Under the pieces are notes generated by a model, which ran no database searches, had not been told where the DNA came from, and saw only the letters and a list, made by a program, of their open reading frames with translations. Positions 1 to 8,700 of a stretch of 64,000 nucleotides of DNA are shown here, in pieces. Source of the stretch: a bacterium (GTDB taxonomy: Bacteria; Patescibacteriota; Patescibacteriia; Patescibacteriales; UBA12465); assembly GCA_035400585.1 (NCBI GenBank), contig DAOMZR010000001.1, forward strand, positions 191,347 to 255,346. The letters are read 5' to 3'. The position numbers were made by a program, and so were the translations under genes. Numbering within the stretch: position 1 is the stretch's first letter; each line of letters begins with the position of its first letter.

Positions 1-1
1 T

Positions 2-1021
2 ATTGTTCAAATTTACGCTCGTGAAATTATCAATGGTCAGTTAGGAGAAGAATTTCATTATTATCTAAAATCGGACAAATCAGTCGGCTCTTCTTATTTT
101 GTTCATAAAATAAGCGATGAATTTTTACAAGAAAAGGGAAGCGATCCCGAAAAAATTTTGTTGGCTTTTAAGGAGTTTGTTGGCAATTCAGTGGTCGTTG
201 GTCATAATATCACTTTTGATATTAACATGGTTAGAGAAAATTCAAAAAGATATAATTTAAATTTTGAATTCAAGAATTATTACGATACTCTAGATTTATC
301 TAAAAGATTTTTAAATCTTGATAATTATAAGTTAGGAAATATAGCAAAAAAACTAAATTTTCAAATGGCTACTCACAGTGCTGATGATGACGTAGCCACA
401 ACTATTGAGTTGTTAATGTTTTTAAGTAATAAATTAGAAAAAACCAGTTTTGCCAGGGAGGCTGTTTGGAACAAATTCAAGGCTAAATTTATTGGTCTAA
501 GTTCTGATATAAATAATTTAGAAAAACAAATAGATAAATTGAGACCAGCAGATTTTTTAGATTTTATTTGGAAAGAGTCTGGCTTGGCTAACCACTATGA
601 AAAAGACGGTAACTTTGAACAAAGAAAAAAATCTTATCAAACACTAAAAACTTTTTTCGAAAACAGGGACGATCTTGATTTGCCAAACAGAACATCTTTA
701 TATAATTTAATTCATTACTCTGGTTTGGTAAAAAATATTGATTTTTTGGGAATTGAAAATGGTAGAATACCGGTAGTAACCATTCATCAGGTAAAGGGCT
801 TAGAATTTGATTATATTTTTTTATTGGGATTAAATGAAGGTATTTTTCCATTTTTTAAAACAGATAATTATGAGGAAGAAAAAAGACTTTTCTATGTTGC
901 TCTAACCAGAGCCAAGAAAAAAGTCTTTTTATCTTATAGTAAGTTTAATTATTACAATTATCCAGTGGCTAAAAGTCGTTTAATAGATATGATTGATGCT
1001 GATTTTGTTGAAAATATTTAA
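2..1021 (+). CDS. DEDDh-type 3'-5' exonuclease domain fused to a UvrD-like helicase C-terminal domain; 5' end cut by the window edge
   Basis: Frame is open from nt 2; the track start at 158 is an internal TTG. Exo II-like VGHNITFDINM and Exo III-like HSADDDV. C-terminal IHQVKGLEFDYIFLLG...RLFYVALTRAKKKVFLSY resembles UvrD/PcrA motifs V-VI. No Walker A in the visible part. Confidence 0.75.
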   Translation: MVQIYAREIINGQLGEEFHYYLKSDKSVGSSYFVHKISDEFLQEKGSDPEKILLAFKEFVGNSVVVGHNITFDINMVRENSKRYNLNFEFKNYYDTLDLSKRFLNLDNYKLGNIAKKLNFQMATHSADDDVATTIELLMFLSNKLEKTSFAREAVWNKFKAKFIGLSSDINNLEKQIDKLRPADFLDFIWKESGLANHYEKDGNFEQRKKSYQTLKTFFENRDDLDLPNRTSLYNLIHYSGLVKNIDFLGIENGRIPVVTIHQVKGLEFDYIFLLGLNEGIFPFFKTDNYEEEKRLFYVALTRAKKKVFLSYSKFNYYNYPVAKSRLIDMIDADFVENI

Positions 1022-1036
1022 AAAAGATGATATAAT
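1008..1036 (+). promoter_or_regulatory. Sigma-70-type promoter TTGAAA-17-TATAAT ending 6 nt before the ATG at 1043 (leaderless-type spacing)
   Basis: TTGAAA 1008-1013, 17-nt spacer, TATAAT 1031-1036, then tacagt, then ATG. No Shine-Dalgarno motif. Confidence 0.5.
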
Positions 1037-1042
1037 TACAGT

Positions 1043-2287
1043 ATGAGTAAAAAAATTTTAGTTTTTTGTTTGTTTTTATTTTTTTTAGGGTTTTTTGTCA
1101 AAAGCTCTAGTTTTGTTTTGGGCCAAACAATTGACGATATTGACCAGGAAATTAAGACTTTAAATAATCAGATAGAAGGACAAAGAAAGCAGTTAGAATC
1201 GGTACAAGAACAACAAAAACAGTATACGGCTTTAATAAAAAAGAAAGAACAAGAACAAGATAGTCTTAAAAATCAACTAGAAATATTAGATGATCGAGCG
1301 AAGGTGGTTGAATTGGAGATTGAAGAGGTTAAAATAGAAATAAGTAAAAACAATCTTGAAGCAAAAAAAATAGCGATTGATATTGATAATAATAACAACA
1401 AAATAAACAAAGAAAAAAATCACATATCAGATTTACTTAAGTTGTTGTATAAACAAAATAAAACAACCCCGATAGAGATAATACTTCTAAATGACTCCTT
1501 AACTGATTTTATTGATCAGGTAAAATATTTAGAAAATACCAATAGTGAGGTTAGTAAAAGCTTGGTTTCGTTAAAGGATTTAAAAGAGCAACTAGAAAAA
1601 CAAGAAGAAATATTGAAAGAGAAGGAAAAAAAATTACAAGAATTAAAAGATGAGCTAGAAAAAAAACAATTAATTCTTAGTGGAGAGTTGGAAAATAAAG
1701 AATTTCTATTAAGTGAAACTAAAAAATCAGAACAAGAATATAGAAAATTGCTTGAAATGGCAAGAAAAGAGCAAGAAAAAGCTTCTAGTGAAATTTTGGC
1801 CTTAGAAAAGAGTGTTAGAGCTAAGATAGCTGAAAGACAAAAGGTGGGGGATAAGGATGTTAATGTTTTTAGTGATAGTGGTTTTGCTTGGCCAGTTGCA
1901 AAAAATGTTATTACAGCTTCTTTTCATGATCCAGATTATCCATTCAGACGAAGTATTGGTGAACATCCAGCTATTGATATTAGAGCTGCTCAAGGTTCAA
2001 CCTTAAAAGCGGCTGCCTCTGGATATGTTGCTCGTGTTAAGTTTAATGGAACAACTGCTTATTCTTATATAATGATAATTCATGAAGATGGCTATTCTAC
2101 TGTTTATGGGCATATTTCAGGAGTTAGTGTTAAAGAAGATGATTATGTTATTCAGGGTCAAGTAATAGGAAAAACTGGTGGGGCACCTAGAACAATTGGA
2201 GCCGGGGCTTTTTCTACTGGTCCTCATCTTCATTTCGAAATTAGAAAAGACGGAATACCAGTTGATCCAGAACCATTATTGCCATAA
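1043..2287 (+). CDS. Secreted M23 family metallopeptidase with long N-terminal coiled coil (EnvC-like murein hydrolase/activator)
   Basis: Signal/TM segment. About 250 aa of K/E/Q-rich heptad-like sequence. C-terminal M23 motifs HPAIDI, GHISGV and GPHLHFEIRKDGIPVDP. Confidence 0.85.
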   Translation: MSKKILVFCLFLFFLGFFVKSSSFVLGQTIDDIDQEIKTLNNQIEGQRKQLESVQEQQKQYTALIKKKEQEQDSLKNQLEILDDRAKVVELEIEEVKIEISKNNLEAKKIAIDIDNNNNKINKEKNHISDLLKLLYKQNKTTPIEIILLNDSLTDFIDQVKYLENTNSEVSKSLVSLKDLKEQLEKQEEILKEKEKKLQELKDELEKKQLILSGELENKEFLLSETKKSEQEYRKLLEMARKEQEKASSEILALEKSVRAKIAERQKVGDKDVNVFSDSGFAWPVAKNVITASFHDPDYPFRRSIGEHPAIDIRAAQGSTLKAAASGYVARVKFNGTTAYSYIMIIHEDGYSTVYGHISGVSVKEDDYVIQGQVIGKTGGAPRTIGAGAFSTGPHLHFEIRKDGIPVDPEPLLP

Positions 2288-2300
2288 TTAAACTTAAAAT

Positions 2301-3374
2301 ATGAAAAAAACTAATAAAAAAGCTTTTACTCTGATTGAGTTATTAGTAGTAATAGCAATTATTGGTATTTTAGCAACCTTAGCTGTTGTAGCTTTACAAC
2401 AAGCTCGTTCTCGTGCTCGCGATTCAAAGCGTGTAGCTGATATGAAACAACTCCAAACCGCTTTAGAATTGTTTTTTAATGAAAATAGTAGATATCCCAC
2501 TACTGATGAATGGAATAGTGGTTCTATAGTTTCTAGTTCTAGTGGTGAAACTTTTATGTATTCCTTACCATTAGCACCATCACCAGCTGATGGTGATTGT
2601 GCCACAGCTTCAAATTCTTATTCTTATATTCCGCAAAACAATGGGGCTAGTTACACAATTTCCTTTTGTCTAGGAAAACAAATTGCCGATTTATCAGAGG
2701 GAGCGAAGTGTTTAACACCCGGTGGTTTTGTTAATTGTTCTGGTGGGGGTGTTGAAGAAGAAACATCTGGTTCATTTGTAGATAGCAGGGATGGTAAAAC
2801 TTACTCCTGGGTTAAAATAGGTGATGATATTTGGATGAATACTAATTTAAATTATGATGGTAACTTTGTGGTTCAAGAAAATCAAGCCCCTTGTATCGAA
2901 GATGTTGTCGGTTGGAATTATTGGTCTTGTCAAATAGACAACAACAATCAAGAAAGATCTTGTTTTAACAACGTGGAAGGGAACTGCTCTTCTTACGGTG
3001 GTTTATATGAATGGTCAGAGGCAATGGGATTTCCTTATCAATGTAATTCAGCCTTTTTTTGGGATGGACAAAGTGATGATTGTGGTTTAGGCGGCAGTGC
3101 TTATGTAATAGATGCAAAACATCAAGGAATTTGTCCTAATGGATGGCACCTACCAAGTGATACAGAGTTAAGCAATTTATCAAATAATTACAACAATCAT
3201 TTTTCAGCTGATTTTCCAAGTATGTTTATTTACTTTTGGTCAGCAGTGCCAACTCAGGGATATGGACCTATTTTAGCAAAATATTTTTCTTTAGATTCTG
3301 GTGATAATTCTTATGTAAATATAAGTGAAACAAATAAATCATTAGCATCTAATATAAGGTGTGTAAAAGATTAA
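2301..3374 (+). CDS. Type IV pilin-like protein: prepilin N-terminal methylation domain fused to a FISUMP (Fibrobacter succinogenes major paralogous) domain
   Basis: KKAFTLIELLVVIAIIGILATLAV class III signal. C-terminal DSRDGKTYSWVKIGDDIWMNTNLNY ... GGLYEWSEAM ... ICPNGWHLPSDTELSNL matches the FISUMP pattern. Confidence 0.8.
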   Translation: MKKTNKKAFTLIELLVVIAIIGILATLAVVALQQARSRARDSKRVADMKQLQTALELFFNENSRYPTTDEWNSGSIVSSSSGETFMYSLPLAPSPADGDCATASNSYSYIPQNNGASYTISFCLGKQIADLSEGAKCLTPGGFVNCSGGGVEEETSGSFVDSRDGKTYSWVKIGDDIWMNTNLNYDGNFVVQENQAPCIEDVVGWNYWSCQIDNNNQERSCFNNVEGNCSSYGGLYEWSEAMGFPYQCNSAFFWDGQSDDCGLGGSAYVIDAKHQGICPNGWHLPSDTELSNLSNNYNNHFSADFPSMFIYFWSAVPTQGYGPILAKYFSLDSGDNSYVNISETNKSLASNIRCVKD

Positions 3375-3397
3375 AAAAAACATACCTATACAATTAT

Positions 3398-3424
3398 AAA
3401 AAACCCCGATATTCGGGGTTTTTA
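3398..3424. terminator. Bidirectional rho-independent terminator between convergent genes
   Basis: aaaaa-ccccg-atatt-cgggg-ttttt. GC stem flanked by an A-run and a T-run. Overlaps the stop of the recombinase gene. Confidence 0.8.
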
Positions 3425-4372
3425 TATTTTTCTATTGGAGTGAATTTTTCGATGAATATCTCCTAATTGTTTGCTAGTGACATGAGTGTAAACTTGAGTG
3501 GTGGCTATATTTTTATGTCCCAAAAATTCTTGTACTAGTCTTAAATCAACTCCTTGTGACATTAAGTCAGTTGCAAAACTATGTCTTAAAGTGTGTGGTG
3601 TAGCCATGACAGGCAAACCACTTATTTTTATATATTTTTTAACAATTGATTCAATACTTTTAGCCGTTAACCTCCTAGATTCTCCTGTTTTTTCAATTCC
3701 TGGTTTATAATTTATAAATAGGGCAGGGTCAATGTCGCTTCTTTTATCTAAATATTTTTTAATAGCTTTTAAAGCTCTTTCGGAAAAATAAACCGTTCTT
3801 ACTTTTTGTCCCTTACCAACAACACTTATTTCTAAAAAATCAGAACCGCTTTTTATTTTTATTTGATCTCTATTTAAAGCGATAAGCTCTGAAACGCGCA
3901 AACCAGTAGAGAAGAGAGTTTCTAGAATAGATCTGTCTCTTAAACCTTTTATATCGGATTCGTCTGGTGATTCTAATAATCTTTTTAATTGATCTAAATT
4001 TAAAAATTTTATTTCTCGCTCTGATCTGTCCTTGGCCAATTTTATCTTGCTAGGGGGCAGAGACGTGATGTTTTTCTCAACAAAAAATTCTAAAAGAGAC
4101 CTAAGGGCTATTAAATAGTAGTTTTGAGTACTTTTCTTAAGCGGACGATTGTTTAAAGGATTTATATGTCTGGATAGAAACAGGCGATATTTCCAGACGT
4201 GATCTTCGTTTAAGTCTTCTGGTTTTAAATCAGCCAGATTGGATGACTTCAACCACTTAAAAAAGTTATTTAGAAATCTAGAATAATTTTCTTGGGTTTT
4301 AAGGGAAAGTCCTTTTTCAATTTCGCTATAATCAAGAAAGTCCCTTAGATAAGTTATTATTGGTTTGTTCAT
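3422..4372 (-). CDS. Tyrosine site-specific recombinase, XerC/XerD type
   Basis: N-terminal SAM-like core-binding domain. C-terminal HTLRHSFATDLMSQGVDLRLVQEFLGHKNIATTQVYTHV (R..HxxR..Y catalytic signature). Confidence 0.85.
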   Translation of the reverse strand: MNKPIITYLRDFLDYSEIEKGLSLKTQENYSRFLNNFFKWLKSSNLADLKPEDLNEDHVWKYRLFLSRHINPLNNRPLKKSTQNYYLIALRSLLEFFVEKNITSLPPSKIKLAKDRSEREIKFLNLDQLKRLLESPDESDIKGLRDRSILETLFSTGLRVSELIALNRDQIKIKSGSDFLEISVVGKGQKVRTVYFSERALKAIKKYLDKRSDIDPALFINYKPGIEKTGESRRLTAKSIESIVKKYIKISGLPVMATPHTLRHSFATDLMSQGVDLRLVQEFLGHKNIATTQVYTHVTSKQLGDIHRKIHSNRKI

Positions 4373-4496
4373 GAGGGGAAAGGTATAAATTATGATTTAA
4401 AGCTAATTATCTTATTATACTATACTTCGCATAATGTATATTAATTAACTTTATATATTAATTATAAAGACAAACAGGCCTTTAGTCAAGATATCC

Positions 4497-4640
4497 TTAA
4501 TAAATAGTCAATCCCATTAATCTTATTTCTGGAACAAACAACAATCCTATTTTTAAAAAAATTAAAAAAACACCTACAACAACTAAACAAAAAATAAAAA
4601 TTGCTAGACCAAAAATAAATTTAAATGTTCCTTCTCCCAT
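4497..4640 (-). CDS. Possible 47-aa small membrane protein (not in the ORF track)
   Basis: ATG at 4640, stop at 4497-4499. Translation MGEGTFKFIFGLAIFIFCLVVVGVFLIFLKIGLLFVPEIRLMGLTIY is one or two hydrophobic helices. No homology evidence. Confidence 0.3.
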   Translation of the reverse strand: MGEGTFKFIFGLAIFIFCLVVVGVFLIFLKIGLLFVPEIRLMGLTIY

Positions 4641-4662
4641 ATTTTTAAATTAATTATATTAA

Positions 4663-5622
4663 TTAGCGAAAATATATTTTATCTCCATATCTAATGTCTA
4701 TATATTCAACACCCTTTAATTTGTCTCTATATTCGTTTCTAAGCATCATAAAACGTCTGATTTGGGTGTCATAATCATCTTTTAAGCTAAAAAAGACTAG
4801 AACGTCATTATAAAGCTTAACCTTGATTGTGTCTCTTGACTCATCAATGACAAATTTTTTAGCCCTAAAATCACTTTCTATACCCAAATCATTGTAAAGT
4901 TTTTTGGTGAAATCAAGGTATTCTTTGCTAATTTTAGCTTGTTTTTTTTCAAAATTAATTAAAGATGAGGTCTCGATATTTTCAATTATTGGATTAAAAT
5001 TATCTTTTAAGATATTTTCTTTTAATTTTAAACATTCATTTTCTGCTTCTAGAAGCCTTTTTTCAATGTTTTCGAGTGTTTCTTGGCTTGTAGATGCTAA
5101 ATTATCCTGATTAACTTCAATATTTTCAGAATTTTCTATATCTGAACAAACTTTTTGCTCTAAAACTAAATTAGCCTGATTATCAAGATAGTAAAAAGTG
5201 CTACCTTCTTCTAAAATATAGGCTATTTCCCTTTCCTCTATATTTATTTTTATGCCAGAAAAAGGCCCCTTTTTAACATCTAGCTTGGAGAAATTATAAA
5301 CGTTCATTTTTTCAATTAACTCTTGTTTGTTAAAAAAAACTACATTTTTTTGAGGAAAAACAAACGTTTTGCCAGAATCAACCTGATCTTGAACTATTTT
5401 TTCTATTTCTTCCTGATTAATTCTACTCAAACCATTGATTTTTATATTTTTTATAACAAATATTTGGGTAAAAAAAACTAAATATATTAGAAATATTAAG
5501 ACAATAGACCCTGTTACTAAACAATATAAGCATCTTTTTTTAAATCTTTTATTGCTTTTTTCCTTAATAAAAGGGTTATTTATCCTTTTTCCGGTTATTT
5601 TTGTAAGTTCAGCTCTACTCAT
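4663..5622 (-). CDS. ftsQ: Cell division protein FtsQ/DivIB-like (N-terminal TM plus POTRA)
   Basis: Single TM followed by FVIKNIKINGLSRINQEEIEKIV (POTRA-like). Placed directly after alr in the same operon. Confidence 0.6.
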   Translation of the reverse strand: MSRAELTKITGKRINNPFIKEKSNKRFKKRCLYCLVTGSIVLIFLIYLVFFTQIFVIKNIKINGLSRINQEEIEKIVQDQVDSGKTFVFPQKNVVFFNKQELIEKMNVYNFSKLDVKKGPFSGIKINIEEREIAYILEEGSTFYYLDNQANLVLEQKVCSDIENSENIEVNQDNLASTSQETLENIEKRLLEAENECLKLKENILKDNFNPIIENIETSSLINFEKKQAKISKEYLDFTKKLYNDLGIESDFRAKKFVIDESRDTIKVKLYNDVLVFFSLKDDYDTQIRRFMMLRNEYRDKLKGVEYIDIRYGDKIYFR

Positions 5623-5624
5623 AA

Positions 5625-6779
5625 TTAAACTATTTTTCTTTTAATTCTATTATTTAAACGACAAAGAAGTTCATAATTAACGATGTTGATTTTTTTGCAA
5701 AGATTTTCAACCGAATTTTCCATGTCATTTATTTCTGATATTATTTGAACTTTATCGCCAATTTCAATTTTATTGTCGAAACAATTTATACAGGAAAGGT
5801 TCATGCAAACATTTCCAGCTATTTTTGCCCAAAAAATGCTATTATTTTTGTTGAATAAAAATTTTGCACAGTTAGAAAATCTTCTATCAAGACCTTCAAA
5901 GTATCCAAAAGGTATTACTGCAATATTGTTTTGATTATCATTAACAAAACTTTCGGCATAAGAAACCTTTTCTCCTTCTGATAGTTGGTTATGGACGTTA
6001 ACTACGGTAGAGTAAAGCCTTAAAGATGGTTTTAAATTGTTTTTTGCTTGATTATAATAAGAATCACTCTCTCTTAGTGGATTATAGCCATAAAAAGCTA
6101 ATCCTGGCCTAAAGGCAGTATAAATATCGTTCTTGAGATTAAAAATTGCGGCTGAATTGCCTAGGTGAATCCATTTCGGATATATTTTATTGTTTTTAAG
6201 ATCATTCAGGGCTTCTATAAATCTATCTTCCTGTAGTTTGTTAAAATTACTGTCCGAATTATCGGCTTCGGCTAAATGAGAGCAAAAACCGGTTATCTCT
6301 ACTTGATCTAAAAATTTTTTATTATCATTTATAAACTTTGACAAGTCATCTATTCCCTCTCGGTTCATTCCGGTGTTTACAAATAAATGAATTTTAATCT
6401 TTTTACCATACTTCGACAAATATTTTAAAGTTTTTTCATTATAAATAACAAATTCTGTTCTTTTAAATTTACAATATTTGTAAGTCTTAAGTGGCATTTC
6501 TCCCAAAATCAAAACTTGACCTTTAAAATTTTTATAAACTATTTGAGCTTCAGGAAAAGAATCAACAGCCACCATCTTAATGTTGGTTTTATTTAATATT
6601 TTACAAATCTCTTTTAAACCATGTCCGTAAGCATTACTTTTTAAAACTGGGAAAATTTCTGCTTTTGTTTGTAAGGATTGTAAATAGTTAATATTGTGCC
6701 AAATACTTTTGCTTATAATTTCTATTTCATTTAAGGGCTGGTATCTTGGTTTTATTATTTCTTTTATTAAATTAATCAT
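5625..6779 (-). CDS. alr: Alanine racemase
   Basis: PLP-lysine motif VLKSNAYGHGL. Length and C-terminal beta domain are typical. Confidence 0.85.
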   Translation of the reverse strand: MINLIKEIIKPRYQPLNEIEIISKSIWHNINYLQSLQTKAEIFPVLKSNAYGHGLKEICKILNKTNIKMVAVDSFPEAQIVYKNFKGQVLILGEMPLKTYKYCKFKRTEFVIYNEKTLKYLSKYGKKIKIHLFVNTGMNREGIDDLSKFINDNKKFLDQVEITGFCSHLAEADNSDSNFNKLQEDRFIEALNDLKNNKIYPKWIHLGNSAAIFNLKNDIYTAFRPGLAFYGYNPLRESDSYYNQAKNNLKPSLRLYSTVVNVHNQLSEGEKVSYAESFVNDNQNNIAVIPFGYFEGLDRRFSNCAKFLFNKNNSIFWAKIAGNVCMNLSCINCFDNKIEIGDKVQIISEINDMENSVENLCKKINIVNYELLCRLNNRIKRKIV

Positions 6780-6782
6780 AAA

Positions 6783-8636
6783 TTATTTAAATATAACAAC
6801 CTTGCCTTTTCCAGTAGATAATAAATCACCATCCAAATTAGTATTAATATTATTTAAATTCTGAAAAATTTCTTGTCCAGTGAAATCATCATAAGCCGTA
6901 AATTTAATATCTCTAACCAAGTCCAAAACTTTTCCCAAATCTTCTTTTCCTGGAATTAAAGTTATTTCAAAATTAGCTCGATACTTATTAATACCAGCAT
7001 CAATTTCGTTTATTTCCCAAATTAATCTTTTGCCAATTTCGGCATAAGTAAGTTTTCCATCAAGAACTCTTTTATTTTCGGAAAAATAAACATTATCGGG
7101 TAATTCAGCTGTTAAAACAAAATTTTTTAATTTATTTCCCGAGTTGTTAAATTCTAAAAATACCCAGTAATTAGTAGCTAAATCAACTGCCGGAGGCAAT
7201 GGTCCAACACCTAACTGATCACCCTGAGGACTATAATAACGAGCCAAAACACTTCCCAGGACCTCAGAAACTATCTTTGTTTTTGGTGAATAAGATATGT
7301 ATCTAACATTTTGATTATTAATTTGATATTCAACATCAGCCACTAATAAAATTTCTTGATTGGCTAAAACCTGACGTCTTTCAAAAGAAACTTCTAAATC
7401 AATTTCGCCTTCTTCCTGAGAAATCAGATCTTCAATAATAATAGTATTTTTTTCAATTCTAGTATTTTTAGGAACGGAAATTCCTTCCACCGAAGATAAA
7501 AACAAACCAATCTGACCAGAATTTAATCTAATATTAATATTTTTTATACTCTCAGAACTTTGATTGTTATATTTGATTTTATAATTAATCTTTTCTCCGT
7601 TTTCAGCAATATTTTTGTTGGAATTTATTTCTATTTTTATCTCTGGATCACTGACGTTAAAACTTAAATTATTTTCATTTTGATGAAATTTATTATTTAA
7701 AAAATCGAAAGATATTTTTGGTTTAATTTCAACATTATTAGCTTTACTCGTTAAAAAGACAGAATATTCCAAACTTTGTCTTGGCTCTATCTTTTCCAAA
7801 AATAATTTATTATTTTCTATTTTTAAGTCTGATTTTTTTAATTCAATTGAATCACTTAATTCTATTTCTAAATTTTTTAATTCTCGACTAGCATTATTTT
7901 TAATAAACAGCTTAGCTTCAACCTCGCTACCATTATAAATTTTATCTGGAAAATTAATACTAAAATCATTAAAATATTTGCTAATATTGTAAAAATAAGA
8001 ACTAGATATTCCCTCTTTACCACATTTATCACAAGCAAAATTGAAAGAAATCATTTGATGATCGCCTTTATTTCCTATGACATAACCCTCTATTTTTATC
8101 TTGCCAGTACTACCAGATGGTAAATTTTCCAAATAAAAGGTGTTTTTTTCTCCATCATAATAATTGAGTGGGGTTGCACTTTCTAAAATAAAGTTTCTAG
8201 GAAATTCTACCTTGATTTTACCATCCTTTACATCCTCATTAGTCCTATACTCCAATTCAAATGTTTTAAGTTGACCAGCTACAACATTTTGATCATCAAC
8301 ATTTATTTTTAGAGCTATTTTATCATCTTTATTGGAAAACGATATAAAAGAAAAAATAATCAAACCTATAATTATCAAAACTAAAATGACATCAGCGACT
8401 AAATGCCAAAAATTTTCCTGGTAATGTCTCTCGTGTCTTTTTTTGAGTGAATCTGATATTAAATTTAAACTACCAATAACAAAATTACCTCCTTTTTTAA
8501 CATTAACACCTTCCGGAGTAATTTTTACTGCCTGTTCTTGATCTAAACTAGAAATCTCTAGATTACTATTTACAGGTTCAATAACCTCCAGATTTCCATC
8601 ATTTTTATCAAATGTTTCTTGGTTATTTTTATTCAT
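6783..8636 (-). CDS. Membrane-anchored extracellular protein with repeated beta-sandwich-like (DUF11/CARDB-like) segments; function unknown
   Basis: One TM (VADVILVLIIIGLIIFSFISF) followed by about 500 aa of beta-rich N/K/E sequence. 3-nt gap to alr. Confidence 0.55.
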   Translation of the reverse strand: MNKNNQETFDKNDGNLEVIEPVNSNLEISSLDQEQAVKITPEGVNVKKGGNFVIGSLNLISDSLKKRHERHYQENFWHLVADVILVLIIIGLIIFSFISFSNKDDKIALKINVDDQNVVAGQLKTFELEYRTNEDVKDGKIKVEFPRNFILESATPLNYYDGEKNTFYLENLPSGSTGKIKIEGYVIGNKGDHQMISFNFACDKCGKEGISSSYFYNISKYFNDFSINFPDKIYNGSEVEAKLFIKNNASRELKNLEIELSDSIELKKSDLKIENNKLFLEKIEPRQSLEYSVFLTSKANNVEIKPKISFDFLNNKFHQNENNLSFNVSDPEIKIEINSNKNIAENGEKINYKIKYNNQSSESIKNINIRLNSGQIGLFLSSVEGISVPKNTRIEKNTIIIEDLISQEEGEIDLEVSFERRQVLANQEILLVADVEYQINNQNVRYISYSPKTKIVSEVLGSVLARYYSPQGDQLGVGPLPPAVDLATNYWVFLEFNNSGNKLKNFVLTAELPDNVYFSENKRVLDGKLTYAEIGKRLIWEINEIDAGINKYRANFEITLIPGKEDLGKVLDLVRDIKFTAYDDFTGQEIFQNLNNINTNLDGDLLSTGKGKVVIFK

Positions 8637-8700
8637 ATTTTTATCTTTTATATGTCTTAATTATAGTTTATTTTTGATTTAAAAGCAATGTGATTTTTTT

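Noticed and set aside
588-851. Numerous 60-110-aa ORFs antisense to long genes. Examples: 588-851, 1802-1993, 3498-3710, 9431-9954, 13339-14538, 25509-26339, 38113-38742, 43369-43632, 44065-44391, 58255-58591
   Set aside because: All lie inside stronger opposite-strand ORFs that have clear homology motifs. Their translations are low-complexity F/L/S/K-rich, as expected from antisense AT-rich coding DNA.
3422-4372. Tyrosine recombinase considered as the integrase for the tRNA-Gln island or the T9SS-type block
   Set aside because: It lies 15 kb and 36 kb from those features and has typical XerC/XerD length and motifs. It sits among housekeeping genes, with no flanking repeats seen.
4437-4464. 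11-nt direct repeat tatattaatta occurring twice (17-bp period) upstream of the recombinase gene
   Set aside because: This is pure A/T sequence in an AT-rich intergenic region. Chance occurrence or overlapping -10-like elements are sufficient explanations.
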